IMG/VR virus record: IMGVR_UViG_3300021387_000535
Location: 1-64,000 of that record
DNA: 64,000 bases
Reading direction: 5' to 3' (one strand)
DNA from: a virus
Taxonomy: Duplodnaviria > Caudoviricetes
The translations under genes and the position numbers were made by a program. Below the pieces are notes generated by a model. The model searched no databases. It saw nothing but the letters and a program-made list of their open reading frames with translations, and was not told where the DNA came from. Shown here one piece after another: positions 48,474 through 57,428 of this stretch (its first letter is position 1; every line of letters begins with the position of its first letter).

Positions 48474-48483
48474 AGTTCCTTGA

Positions 48484-48517
48484 AATTCGTGTAAATCCGT
48501 GATAATTCGTGTTCAAA
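48484..48517 (+). repeat. Bacteroidetes REP-like short repeat
   Basis: AATTCGTGT / AATCCGTG / AATTCGTGTTCAAA tandem units in an intergenic gap. Confidence 0.45.
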
Positions 48518-48568
48518 AAAGTGAAATCGGCGGCAAAAACCGTTGCCTGTCGCCGATTCCGTCAGGGT

Positions 48569-49051
48569 TCACTCAGCCGTGTCGGTGTCCGGCTCCTCGA
48601 TGTCGATTTTGAGGTTCGCCTCCTTCGCCTCGATGCGGAGCCGCTGTGTCAGCACGTCCAGATAGTCGTGCATCGCCTGGTGCTGACGGAAGAGCAGCGT
48701 GCGGCTGGTCTCCGACAACAGCTGGCACTTGTCCGACGCCAAGAAGTCCGACATCCGCTCGTACCTGCCGCGCAACTCGTCCTCACCGTGTCCGAGGGTG
48801 ATGGTGCCCTTGCCGTCCTTGACGGTCAGCGTGGCGGGCACGCCCTTGGTCAGCTGCTCCAGCAAACCGATGACCGCCTTGCCAGTCCTGTCCGCCATGC
48901 GTCCCAACTGCCCCACACGATAGAGCGCGTAGGCCATCAGCGCACCGAAGCTCGCCATCAGCACGTCGCCCATGCAAAAGTTAATCACTGCGACCGTGTA
49001 CATCGCCACGGCCAGAACCGAAAGAAGAATAATCACTGTCTTGTTCTTCAT
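48569..49051 (-). CDS. Membrane protein with C-terminal crAss001_48-like helical domain
   Basis: Two N-terminal TM segments; L..R...M..FL.S.K...L....R.LL..Q..AM..Y..VL..R pattern. Confidence 0.5.
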   Translation of the reverse strand: MKNKTVIILLSVLAVAMYTVAVINFCMGDVLMASFGALMAYALYRVGQLGRMADRTGKAVIGLLEQLTKGVPATLTVKDGKGTITLGHGEDELRGRYERMSDFLASDKCQLLSETSRTLLFRQHQAMHDYLDVLTQRLRIEAKEANLKIDIEEPDTDTAE

Positions 49052-49082
49052 CTTGCTTGTTGTTTTTTTAATTGTTGAAAAA

Positions 49083-49871
49083 TTAGAATAATGTGAGTTG
49101 TCTTTGTTCCCAGTCGATGCGCTTGCAAGCCATATCGTAGTAGTCTTTGCTCAATTCAAAGCCGACGAAATGCCGCTTTTCCTTGATGCAAGCGATGGCC
49201 GTCGTGCCGCTGCCCATACAGTTGTCGAGCACCGTGTCGCCCTCGTTGGTGTAGGTGAGAACGAGATAGCGCAACAGGTCAACGGGCTTTTGGGTGGGGT
49301 GAAACTGCTTGTTTACATCGTGCTCTTTTTCGATGTCGATAATTGACAATGGGAACTTCTCAGTCGTAATGACATCGGAACGTGCCCACGGGTCGAACTT
49401 GCCATAGCATCCGTTCTTCAACTTGCCGCCACCATGACCGCGTGTGTGGTTCGGGAATCCCGTTCGCATTTGCGGATTGTATGTCGGCAGCTTGTCGTAG
49501 AAGATTACGATGTCTTCATGGTTGCGCAATGGCATTCGGTTGGCATTGAGGAAACCGCTTGCCCTATCGCCTTTCTTCCATATCAGATTGTATCGCCACA
49601 TCTTCCGATTGCTGTGCATGAGATCAGCCGTGAACATTCCCTGAGCGAACAGCACGATTGCTGCAGTAGGCTTGCATACTCTGCGATATTCAGCCCATAG
49701 CGGTTCAAACGGGATTATCGTGTCCCATGAGCCGCCCTCGCTTTCGCCATTCAGCACCCCATACGGCAAATCGCAAATCACCGCGTCAATCGTTCCGTCG
49801 GGAATGGCTTTCATCCCCTCCAGGCAGTCCATGTTGTATATCGTATCAAGCTCTATCATAAAACTAATCAC
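49083..49871 (-). CDS. DNA amino-methyltransferase (beta class, m6A/m4C)
   Basis: DCLEGM, CDLPYG, HPTQKP, LDNCMGSGTT. Confidence 0.92.
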   Translation of the reverse strand: MISFMIELDTIYNMDCLEGMKAIPDGTIDAVICDLPYGVLNGESEGGSWDTIIPFEPLWAEYRRVCKPTAAIVLFAQGMFTADLMHSNRKMWRYNLIWKKGDRASGFLNANRMPLRNHEDIVIFYDKLPTYNPQMRTGFPNHTRGHGGGKLKNGCYGKFDPWARSDVITTEKFPLSIIDIEKEHDVNKQFHPTQKPVDLLRYLVLTYTNEGDTVLDNCMGSGTTAIACIKEKRHFVGFELSKDYYDMACKRIDWEQRQLTLF

Positions 49872-50175
49872 TACTATCTACACTATAAGATAAACCTAAC
49901 TCGGAACAATAATAATGATGGTCGGTTCGACGATAACCCGTATCCCAACCCTTGTCAAACCTAAAACCTTGACAACCAAAAGCGTGCACGACTGCCTTCT
50001 CCATGTCACCATACATCCAACCACTACAACCGTCGGTATTCCAATACCAACCGTTCGCGTAACCTAAATCACCAATAGGCGACAAACGACGTAAATCACT
50101 AAGGCCAAACAAACCAATCTTACGCACTAAATCACGCTTCCATGAAGGAACACGACTAAAATCCTTGTACTTCAT
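49864..50175 (-). CDS. Hypothetical protein
   Basis: 103-aa ORF in the skewed region. Confidence 0.55.
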   Translation of the reverse strand: MKYKDFSRVPSWKRDLVRKIGLFGLSDLRRLSPIGDLGYANGWYWNTDGCSGWMYGDMEKAVVHAFGCQGFRFDKGWDTGYRRTDHHYYCSELGLSYSVDSSD

Positions 50176-50220
50176 AATAATAACAAAATTAAATAAAACA
50201 AATATTATTTAATAAACACA

Positions 50221-50781
50221 CTAAGCATTGTTCTTGCCGTAATTCGGGTCTTCCTTGCGCTTGCGCATGATAGAACGCGCCTTGCTCTTCATTAAACCGT
50301 ACATGTTGTCACACTTGTCTGCCCAAACCAAATCACGCATGTAACCCGTGTTCTCCTGCAAATAACGTAACTTGTCCTTAGACAAAGACATCACATCACG
50401 AATGTCATTGAACATCTCTATGTACATCGACTTGTCATAACGATGCAAGATGTCATCCATGTCCATCACCGACGTCTCAATAATATCAGCACACATGAAA
50501 CATACCAATAACAACGACATCAATTCCTCCTTGGCCAACAACGGTATATCCATCGTAGCTATCTCAACCCTTTCCACCTCACAAGCGGCATTGGAAACAT
50601 ACTCGTCAACAACCTGGGCAAACAACGACTCTATATCACGAGACAACGACAACGCCTCACGAAACTTCATTTCACGCTTGAACATCTCAACACGAACACG
50701 CAAAGAACGAACACTCGGGTCAGACTCAAAACGCTCACGTAACTTACTTAATAAGTCATTCGGTAATTCACTAACTTTCAT
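50221..50781 (-). CDS. Hypothetical protein
   Basis: 186-aa helical ORF with upstream promoter. Confidence 0.65.
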   Translation of the reverse strand: MKVSELPNDLLSKLRERFESDPSVRSLRVRVEMFKREMKFREALSLSRDIESLFAQVVDEYVSNAACEVERVEIATMDIPLLAKEELMSLLLVCFMCADIIETSVMDMDDILHRYDKSMYIEMFNDIRDVMSLSKDKLRYLQENTGYMRDLVWADKCDNMYGLMKSKARSIMRKRKEDPNYGKNNA

Positions 50782-50817
50782 AAATATATTTCTTTGTTTT
50801 CATTGTAAAACGTAATG

Positions 50818-50850
50818 CAAAGATAATATATTAAATCACTAAATTGCAAA
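50818..50850 (-). promoter_or_regulatory. Bacteroidetes promoter
   Basis: TTTG-N21-TATCTTTG. Confidence 0.7.
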
Positions 50851-50971
50851 TTTATTAACAAACTACAACATATTTAACTTATTTAAATGTATTTACTAAT
50901 TTAAACTATACACTTATTAAATAAGTATTATATTTATACACACATGCGCGTGTGTACGCGCGCGAGAAAAT

Positions 50972-51847
50972 CTAAAAATCCAAACCTATACCAAAATAGT
51001 TTTCTAAATATACCTTGCAATCAACACTCGCACCAAACAAATCACCATCACCACGGAAACGACGAAGAAAATCATCGTAATCCTTACATAATACATCACT
51101 AACAAACCATTCGTATACATCACGATAACGACTACGAACGGAAGAATCTTGATGACTATCCCAATATACTAAACCAGCACGAAGATAAAAACGAACCATA
51201 CGAGGGTTCTCCATAAACTCACTTATACGGTGCTTGAACGAAGACAAAGGACAACACATGCAACCTAAACGACGCTCTACATGAAAAACACCATCGGCAT
51301 CATAATACAACGGATGACACTTGATACCACGCCACTCTATAAATTCACGAACATCATCGTTAGACCAATCCAATATGGGATAATACTGTATCGCCTTGCC
51401 ACGACCATTGTATGTGCGACACTGCTCTGGCTCTAAATATAACTTCCTACGACTAACACTCTCACAACGACGAATACCTAATAAAGCATAATCCTCAACG
51501 GCATACTCCTTCAACTCACCACAACAATGACGAATATAACGATTCGGAAAACCACTACGATGTATACAACCACGAAAATCTAAACGAGGACGCAAAACCT
51601 CAACACCAAGAGACTTGACATGAGATAACGTACCACGAGGGTCTATCGACGTACTCTTGTGTAAAGGACGCAACCACTCTCCACCCCAAACACCCGACAT
51701 CTTACATAACTCTATCAATACATCACTATCCTTACCACCACTAATACATACCTCTAACTTACTACGACGATGACGACAATGACGATACGCCTTACGTATC
51801 AATAAACAACTACGAGTAATCTTCTTATCTAATTCTTCACTAATCAT
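50972..51847 (-). CDS. PAPS reductase family (PP-loop) protein
   Basis: SGGKDS PP-loop, LGIRRCES..R, PILDWS..DV, RLGCMCCP; start MISEEL at 51847. Confidence 0.85.
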   Translation of the reverse strand: MISEELDKKITRSCLLIRKAYRHCRHRRSKLEVCISGGKDSDVLIELCKMSGVWGGEWLRPLHKSTSIDPRGTLSHVKSLGVEVLRPRLDFRGCIHRSGFPNRYIRHCCGELKEYAVEDYALLGIRRCESVSRRKLYLEPEQCRTYNGRGKAIQYYPILDWSNDDVREFIEWRGIKCHPLYYDADGVFHVERRLGCMCCPLSSFKHRISEFMENPRMVRFYLRAGLVYWDSHQDSSVRSRYRDVYEWFVSDVLCKDYDDFLRRFRGDGDLFGASVDCKVYLENYFGIGLDF

Positions 51848-51875
51848 AAAATAACTAATATAAAATAACAATACG

Positions 51876-51907
51876 CAAAAGTAAACATATTTAAGCATTA
51901 CAACAAA
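51876..51907 (-). promoter_or_regulatory. Bacteroidetes promoter
   Basis: TTTG-N20-TACTTTTG. Confidence 0.7.
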
Positions 51908-51949
51908 TATTTTATCACAAAAATACATAAAACGCATTTAAACGCGCTA

Positions 51950-53100
51950 CAAACGATTATCTACACACTAGACTAATAAGTACCCACAACACACAAAAGA
52001 ACGCGCCAGAACGGCTTAAAACGCGCTTAAAACGAATTCTACATAACTAAACACATAAGAACAAAACACAAAACAACGACGAAATACAAAATACATAAGA
52101 AAACACAACGACGAAAAACACGAAGTGAAGAAAAAAATTTCAGAAAAAAATTTTTAAAAAAAGAAGGGGAGTTGCACCATATAACTTCCGCCGACCTATT
52201 ATCCCCCCCCCCTCCCCCGTTTTTTGCTTATGTGGCCAAACGTGGCGTTTTTCCGATTTTATATTTTTTGCATGTGTTCGTTTGAAAAAAATATGTAAAA
52301 ATCTTTACAAAATTATATGTTTTCCCGTTTTCCCGTTTTCCTTATTTTTTCCCGATCTTTCGTTTTCGGCCTAAATAAAAAAATCATGTTGTTTGCAATA
52401 TGTATATGTATATATATTTATTTTTCTTTTTCTTCATTCTTTCATAATTACGTACATGTTTAAATGTACTTTGTTTATGTACTAAATAAATAGTGTACTA
52501 TTAAAATAATACACTAATATATTATTACATAATATTGTTTATATATAATGTATATTGCGCGTAATTTTTACGCAATACTTTTAGGCCATATTGATTTTTT
52601 GCACATTTTAGCCCGTTTTGTGCAATATTTTCCCGTGCTTGTGTTATTTTGTTCTTTTTGCGAAATAAATTATTCTAAAATACGGGAAATAACACAAATA
52701 TCAAAAATTATAGTTTTCGTATCAAAAATTAAAGTTTTCATGTCATTTTTCATATTACTTTTGCAAACGAAAAACGGAGGGTGGCCGTTTCAAAAATACC
52801 CAACAAGTTCTTTGACATATTGAAAAACGAAAAAAGCAAATAAAGGAGTGTTTTCTTTGTGTATTGCTAAAGAGTTAACGGGAGTCGGGAGTGCCGACAT
52901 AAAAAGCACTTTTTTTAAGTGTTATAAAAAGGTTGAAAAAGTTATTTATACATGCTTACCTCTCCGTCAAAAAACAAAGATTTATTGCTTTTCTAAAAGT
53001 AAGAAACAAAAAACATGTGACAGATGTAAATTGTATTTTAGATGTAATTGGCAAAACAGACATTCGTAGTAATTTTCTTTTTTCGGCAAATATACCTAAA
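51950..53100. other. Low-complexity non-coding region: candidate genome end, packaging site or origin
   Basis: A-rich to T-rich switch around a C10-T-C5 tract (52203-52218); repeated TTTCCCG; genes diverge on both sides. Confidence 0.45.
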
Positions 53101-53197
53101 TGAAGGTGACGCCCACACATTTACGTATAATTGATACAAGCAAGTCCTATTTTTTTAGGCTGCAAAAAAAGATAGTTTAAACGGCAGTCCATCTGCC

Positions 53198-53205
53198 TAT
53201 CTTTG
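53198..53205 (+). promoter_or_regulatory. Early promoter -7 element
   Basis: TATCTTTG followed by CA upstream of the early gene array. Confidence 0.55.
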
Positions 53206-53466
53206 CACTATAAACATTTTGTACTTTGTGACATGTTATATGTTTAGTTTTGATTAAAAAGAGTAGCTTTTGACAGTGAAAAACAAAGGTGCAAAAGAAA
53301 TAAACAAAGGTTTTTTGTATATGTGTTTATTTAACAAATGTGCAGAAAAGCGCAGGCCGCAGGGTAGGCGCAGACCTCGGGAGTTTTCGCGACTTTTGCC
53401 CGAGGCGCTATTTATAGTAACTATTTATTTAATTAACTTAAAACAAAAAAATTGGAGGTCAAAATT

Positions 53467-54048
53467 ATGACAAAGAAGAATGAAAACAACAGCAAGAGAG
53501 TAAACGAATTCGCAGTAATTAACAATTTGCGCACAAAGTGTGCACCTGTCCACAAAAGTGCAGGCACATTCAACCAGGCGCTGAAAGCACTTCAGGGTCT
53601 GGAGAAGCAATACGAAGAGGTATGTGAGGCGCTCCATGTGGATAGCTTCAAATTTAAGTCTATCTGCGCAGGCTGGTCAGACGAGCTCCGTCTGAATGTA
53701 GACGGGAGGGACGTTATGGGTCTGTATGTGGACGAGGCTGCAAAGATCACCGTCACGACCGAGAAGGGCGAACAGAAGGAGGTGAACATATACGAGCGCA
53801 CTGTCAATAAGAAGGGCGAGGTCAAATTCCGCGCAGTGAAGAGGCGCGTGCTGGCTACTCCCGATATGTGGGATGACGGGCTCATTCTCGAAGGTCTCAT
53901 TCAGTCAGCCATGTTAGGTCTTGCAAAGAAGGAGGCAGAGGTAGCAGAAAAGCATTATAACGACCTGCTGGCCTCTGGCGAGGTGTACATTAAGAAGACC
54001 GAGCACGCCGCAGACGGCAGTAGCAGCATCACCTTCGAGCAGGTATAA
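53467..54048 (+). CDS. First early-region hypothetical protein
   Basis: GC-rich, strongly biased codons; A-rich leader. Confidence 0.7.
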   Translation: MTKKNENNSKRVNEFAVINNLRTKCAPVHKSAGTFNQALKALQGLEKQYEEVCEALHVDSFKFKSICAGWSDELRLNVDGRDVMGLYVDEAAKITVTTEKGEQKEVNIYERTVNKKGEVKFRAVKRRVLATPDMWDDGLILEGLIQSAMLGLAKKEAEVAEKHYNDLLASGEVYIKKTEHAADGSSSITFEQV

Positions 54049-54068
54049 TTATAGCCATGTGGAAAATG

Positions 54069-54167
54069 TGCACGACCGAGCGTGCAGTGAAAAGCAATAA
54101 ATAGGCGTCAGGCTCGGTGCGTTATTACGGGTGCAGTGTGTGCGCGCTGCATCCGTTTTAGGTCGCA
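54069..54167 (+). ncRNA. Pistol self-cleaving ribozyme
   Basis: P1 TGCACG/CGTGCA; loop ACCGAG pairs with CTCGGT; AAATA, TCAGG and GCG core; P2 GCG/CGC; P3; G-G-T cleavage context. Confidence 0.8.
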
Positions 54168-54194
54168 AAATTATTAACTAAAAGCATAAAGAAA

Positions 54195-54383
54195 ATGAAA
54201 GCATTTTTGTTTAAGGTTACACTTGTCAGCGGGCTGGCAGTGTTACAGAGTGGGATCGGTTATAATGTTAACGAGGCTCTTATGGACGCCTGTGATGTGA
54301 TGGCTCAGTGTGGCGAATTGAATGAGGACGAAGTCCAGAGTGTCGAATTAGTAAATACGGAGGAGGAGCGTCATCATGCGTAA
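54195..54383 (+). CDS. Small acidic hypothetical protein
   Basis: 62 aa. Confidence 0.6.
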   Translation: MKAFLFKVTLVSGLAVLQSGIGYNVNEALMDACDVMAQCGELNEDEVQSVELVNTEEERHHA

Positions 54384-54588
54384 CTGGTTTGCAATAATAG
54401 TGCTGAGCGTTATCGGCTTCTTCATGTGTGTGTTGTGTTTGGCGCTCGCAGCCATGTTCGCGCGAGCAGGTCAACAGTGGTGCGCAGGCGGATGCTTTTT
54501 AGCTCTTGTGTGCGTGATGTTTAGCACGGCCACAGTAGTGATGGACGTCTATTTCTATAACGAAAACGTGGATTTTTTCTTAAAGTAA
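54376..54588 (+). CDS. Small membrane protein
   Basis: Two hydrophobic helices. Confidence 0.55.
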   Translation: MRNWFAIIVLSVIGFFMCVLCLALAAMFARAGQQWCAGGCFLALVCVMFSTATVVMDVYFYNENVDFFLK

Positions 54589-54629
54589 GCAAACAATAAT
54601 TATTAACTAAAAACAAAGGAGATTTTATT

Positions 54630-56054
54630 ATGAAGTTCAGAAACATTAGTACGGGTGAAGTATTCAACGTGTCAAACCTTAAGATGCGCGACGGTCGTAT
54701 CTTCTTCCAGGTGCGCGGCAAAGGCTGTGGCACGAAGTTTTTCAACAGGAATGTGTGCCTCGTGCTCGACGAGCATGTAAGTGACGGTACGTACCTCAAG
54801 GTCGCTGACGGCTGGGAGCTGGCCGAGGAGCGCAAGGAGCGCAAGCCGCGTGCACCGAAAGCACCGCGATCACCGAAAGCAGAGTCGAAGGAGCAGGAGT
54901 CCGCGTTCACACTCAACACGCCGCCCACCGAGCCGTCCGTTGAAGCGGTCGAAGTGAAGTCCATCCCAGCAGAAGAAGCCGAGGCGATCGCAAGCGAGCT
55001 CAACGCTGGCGTTGACGCGGAGGCTTTGCGCGCAGAGCTATCAGCAAAGTATGGCACGATGGGCGAGGACATCTTTGTGTATGCAAGTCGTTTGGCTGAG
55101 ATTATTCGTCCCGAGGCGAAGGTGAGTGAAGAGGGCTTAAAGAAGGCTGCCGAGGAGGCCGCAGAGCGCGTTGTGGAAGTCAAAATGACCGAGTGGTCTG
55201 AGCGTGGCCGTTCGTTCGGCACGAAGACTATCGAGGTCGTGTCTCCGCAGGGTCGGCACAAAGTGTCGGGTGCAACGGCAGAAAATTTCGACATATATTG
55301 TAACTTAGTTCAGGCGGGCAAGCCGTTGTACATGTACGGCCCAGCGGGTTCGGGTAAGTCGTACACAGCGAAGCAGATTGCCGAGGCGCTCGGTCTTGAC
55401 TATTATGAGACCTCGCAGGCGATGTTCGCCCACGAGTTGAAGGGCTATGGTGACGCAGCGGGAAAGTTTGTAGAAACGGCATTCTATAGGGCTTTTGCCA
55501 ACGGTGGCGTGTTCTTCTTGGATGAGGTGGATGCAAGCGCGCCAGAGGCGTTGGTTGTATTAAACAATGCAATTGCCAACAAGCGTTTCGACTTCCCCGT
55601 TATCGGCAACATCGAGGCACACGAGAATTTCCGAGTGATTGCAGCGGGCAACACCCGTATGACGGGTGCAACGTTGGAGTACACCGCGCGTCAGATGCAG
55701 GACACATCGTTCAAGAACCGCTTTTTCTTTGAGGTGGTGACCTATAGCCGTGACGTCATGATGGAGATTGCGGGCGGTGACGAGGAGATTGTCAACTTTG
55801 GCGCAGACCTCCGCAGGGCAGCACGCGAAACGGGTATTTCCCAGCTATTCTCATATAGGCAGTGTGCCGACCTTGCAACGTTGCAGGCCGCGTGCAATAA
55901 CGATGACGCACACTTGCTGCGTGGTAGCGTGTTGCAGGAGAAGGAGGTCGACGATGCGCTCAACCTTTACGAACACCTTGAAAACAAGCGTAACCGCTGG
56001 GCAAAGGCGATGAAGAAGTGCATCGAGCATATGAAGACCGAGGAGGTGTGGTAA
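54630..56054 (+). CDS. MoxR/CbbQ/CobS-like AAA+ ATPase
   Basis: Walker A GPAGSGKS, Walker B FFLDEVD, IAAGNT, R-finger NRF. Confidence 0.88.
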   Translation: MKFRNISTGEVFNVSNLKMRDGRIFFQVRGKGCGTKFFNRNVCLVLDEHVSDGTYLKVADGWELAEERKERKPRAPKAPRSPKAESKEQESAFTLNTPPTEPSVEAVEVKSIPAEEAEAIASELNAGVDAEALRAELSAKYGTMGEDIFVYASRLAEIIRPEAKVSEEGLKKAAEEAAERVVEVKMTEWSERGRSFGTKTIEVVSPQGRHKVSGATAENFDIYCNLVQAGKPLYMYGPAGSGKSYTAKQIAEALGLDYYETSQAMFAHELKGYGDAAGKFVETAFYRAFANGGVFFLDEVDASAPEALVVLNNAIANKRFDFPVIGNIEAHENFRVIAAGNTRMTGATLEYTARQMQDTSFKNRFFFEVVTYSRDVMMEIAGGDEEIVNFGADLRRAARETGISQLFSYRQCADLATLQAACNNDDAHLLRGSVLQEKEVDDALNLYEHLENKRNRWAKAMKKCIEHMKTEEVW

Positions 56055-56102
56055 AAACCACACTTCCTTAAATACTAACGTAACGAAAGAAAGGGAAATA
56101 CA

Positions 56103-56879
56103 ATGTTTAAGAAGTACGAAAGCATTGATGCTATGGTGCGCGACCTCAACCGAATAAGCGGTGGGTACGAGAGCAACTCCACGTCCAACCCAGAATGGTA
56201 CGGGTCGGCGAGTTATGACGAAGCCGTTGACCGCATAAAGCGTGGTGACGATGAACTTGCAAAAAAGCTCAAAGGTAGTGAAAAGCTCGACATACACATT
56301 CCGTCAGCGGGTGTAAAGAAAAAGATTGTCACGCGGGTTGCAGGGTTCGCGCCACATGTTCCTAACTACTTGGCTGGCGTTCCGAATAACATGCTATGGT
56401 GTGTCGAGAAAAAGATTAACAAGAAAGTGTTAACCGTCATCTATGGTTGCAATACGTGGGCATACGAGTCTGCTACCGAGATTGCTCATGTGAGCGCAAG
56501 GGTTGTGTCGTGCATCATGTCGTTGGAGCGCAAAGGCTATCGGGTGCAGTTGTACGCAAGCAACTGCGCCACAAGCGGAAGAAAGGAAACAGGGTTCATA
56601 ACAAAGCTAAAGGACGCAGGGCAACACATTGACGTGTTAAAGATGGCGTTCCCATTATTGAGTGCATCGTGGAATCGTAGGTTTGGTTTCCGTTATCGTG
56701 AAATGTGCGGATGGCACTCGGTGGGTTCAAGCATGGATGGGTACGATCTTAGGGAGTATCTGAGGAGAAACAACGTAACGTATGACGTTGCGTTGAGCTT
56801 CTATGATGCAAAGAACATCAAGACGGTCGAGGAGCTTGAAAAACTCTTCATCGATAAGTCGAGTAAAATAACAAAGTAA
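56103..56879 (+). CDS. VWA-like partner of the AAA+ ATPase
   Basis: GFAPHVPNYLAGVP motif, beta-alpha layout, TKLKDAGQ; directly downstream of the ATPase. Confidence 0.6.
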   Translation: MFKKYESIDAMVRDLNRISGGYESNSTSNPEWYGSASYDEAVDRIKRGDDELAKKLKGSEKLDIHIPSAGVKKKIVTRVAGFAPHVPNYLAGVPNNMLWCVEKKINKKVLTVIYGCNTWAYESATEIAHVSARVVSCIMSLERKGYRVQLYASNCATSGRKETGFITKLKDAGQHIDVLKMAFPLLSASWNRRFGFRYREMCGWHSVGSSMDGYDLREYLRRNNVTYDVALSFYDAKNIKTVEELEKLFIDKSSKITK

Positions 56880-56906
56880 ACAAAACATTTAAAAACATTA
56901 AAAGCA

Positions 56907-57344
56907 ATGAAAACAATGAATGCAAAAGATTTGGAGTATTTGAAGGAGATAACGGGTCTTGTTAGTGAAGGTGAGACCCAAGTGACTAACAACACTATGG
57001 CGGTTGCTACACCAGACGACGAAAACCTCAAGGTGTGGGTAGGTAAATTTGTCGATGTGACGGACAAGACGGGCACACACACAGGCATGATTGACCGCGT
57101 ACATGGAACTCGGTTGGGGTTCGTGTTCGCCACCAAGGATGGATGGACGGCGAGGTTGGTATGGCCAGCAAACGTGCGCGTTGCATCGGACGAGAAAAGG
57201 GCAAAGCGTAGTGCCGAGACTTACTACAACGAGGAGAGCACAAGCCTCCGTTGCCGCATCCGTCGCAACATCGTTGGTGACGACAAGGTTATGTTGAACA
57301 GGATGCTTGCGAACTGCGAGTCTTGGCTTCGTAAGCTCGTGTAA
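56907..57344 (+). CDS. Hypothetical early protein
   Basis: 145 aa. Confidence 0.65.
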   Translation: MKTMNAKDLEYLKEITGLVSEGETQVTNNTMAVATPDDENLKVWVGKFVDVTDKTGTHTGMIDRVHGTRLGFVFATKDGWTARLVWPANVRVASDEKRAKRSAETYYNEESTSLRCRIRRNIVGDDKVMLNRMLANCESWLRKLV

Positions 57345-57363
57345 AAAGTTGTTCACAATCAAC
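57345..57363 (+). repeat. 19-bp direct repeat, copy 1
   Basis: AAAGTTGTTCACAATCAAC, identical at 63759-63777. Confidence 0.8.
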
Positions 57364-57376
57364 GGGCGGTTCACTT

Positions 57377-57428
57377 GTGGCGTGGCGACAACGCGTGTTG
57401 TCGGGCGGTTCGACTCCGCCGCCGCTAC
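57377..57428 (+). ncRNA. tRNA-like mini-structure (T-arm plus acceptor-like stem)
   Basis: GGCGG-TTCGACT-CCGCC T-arm; GACAAC/GTTGTC hairpin; no D-arm, anticodon arm or CCA. Confidence 0.45.

Noticed and set aside
51950-53450. CRISPR or mini-CRISPR array; short ORFs 52548-53470
   Set aside because: No regularly spaced 25-40 bp repeats; the ORFs are low-complexity AT-rich readings without coding character
54521-55294. 257-aa minus-strand ORF and similar antisense ORFs over GC-rich genes (26245-26823, 32586-33251, 48509-49078)
   Set aside because: Shadows of well-supported genes on the opposite strand
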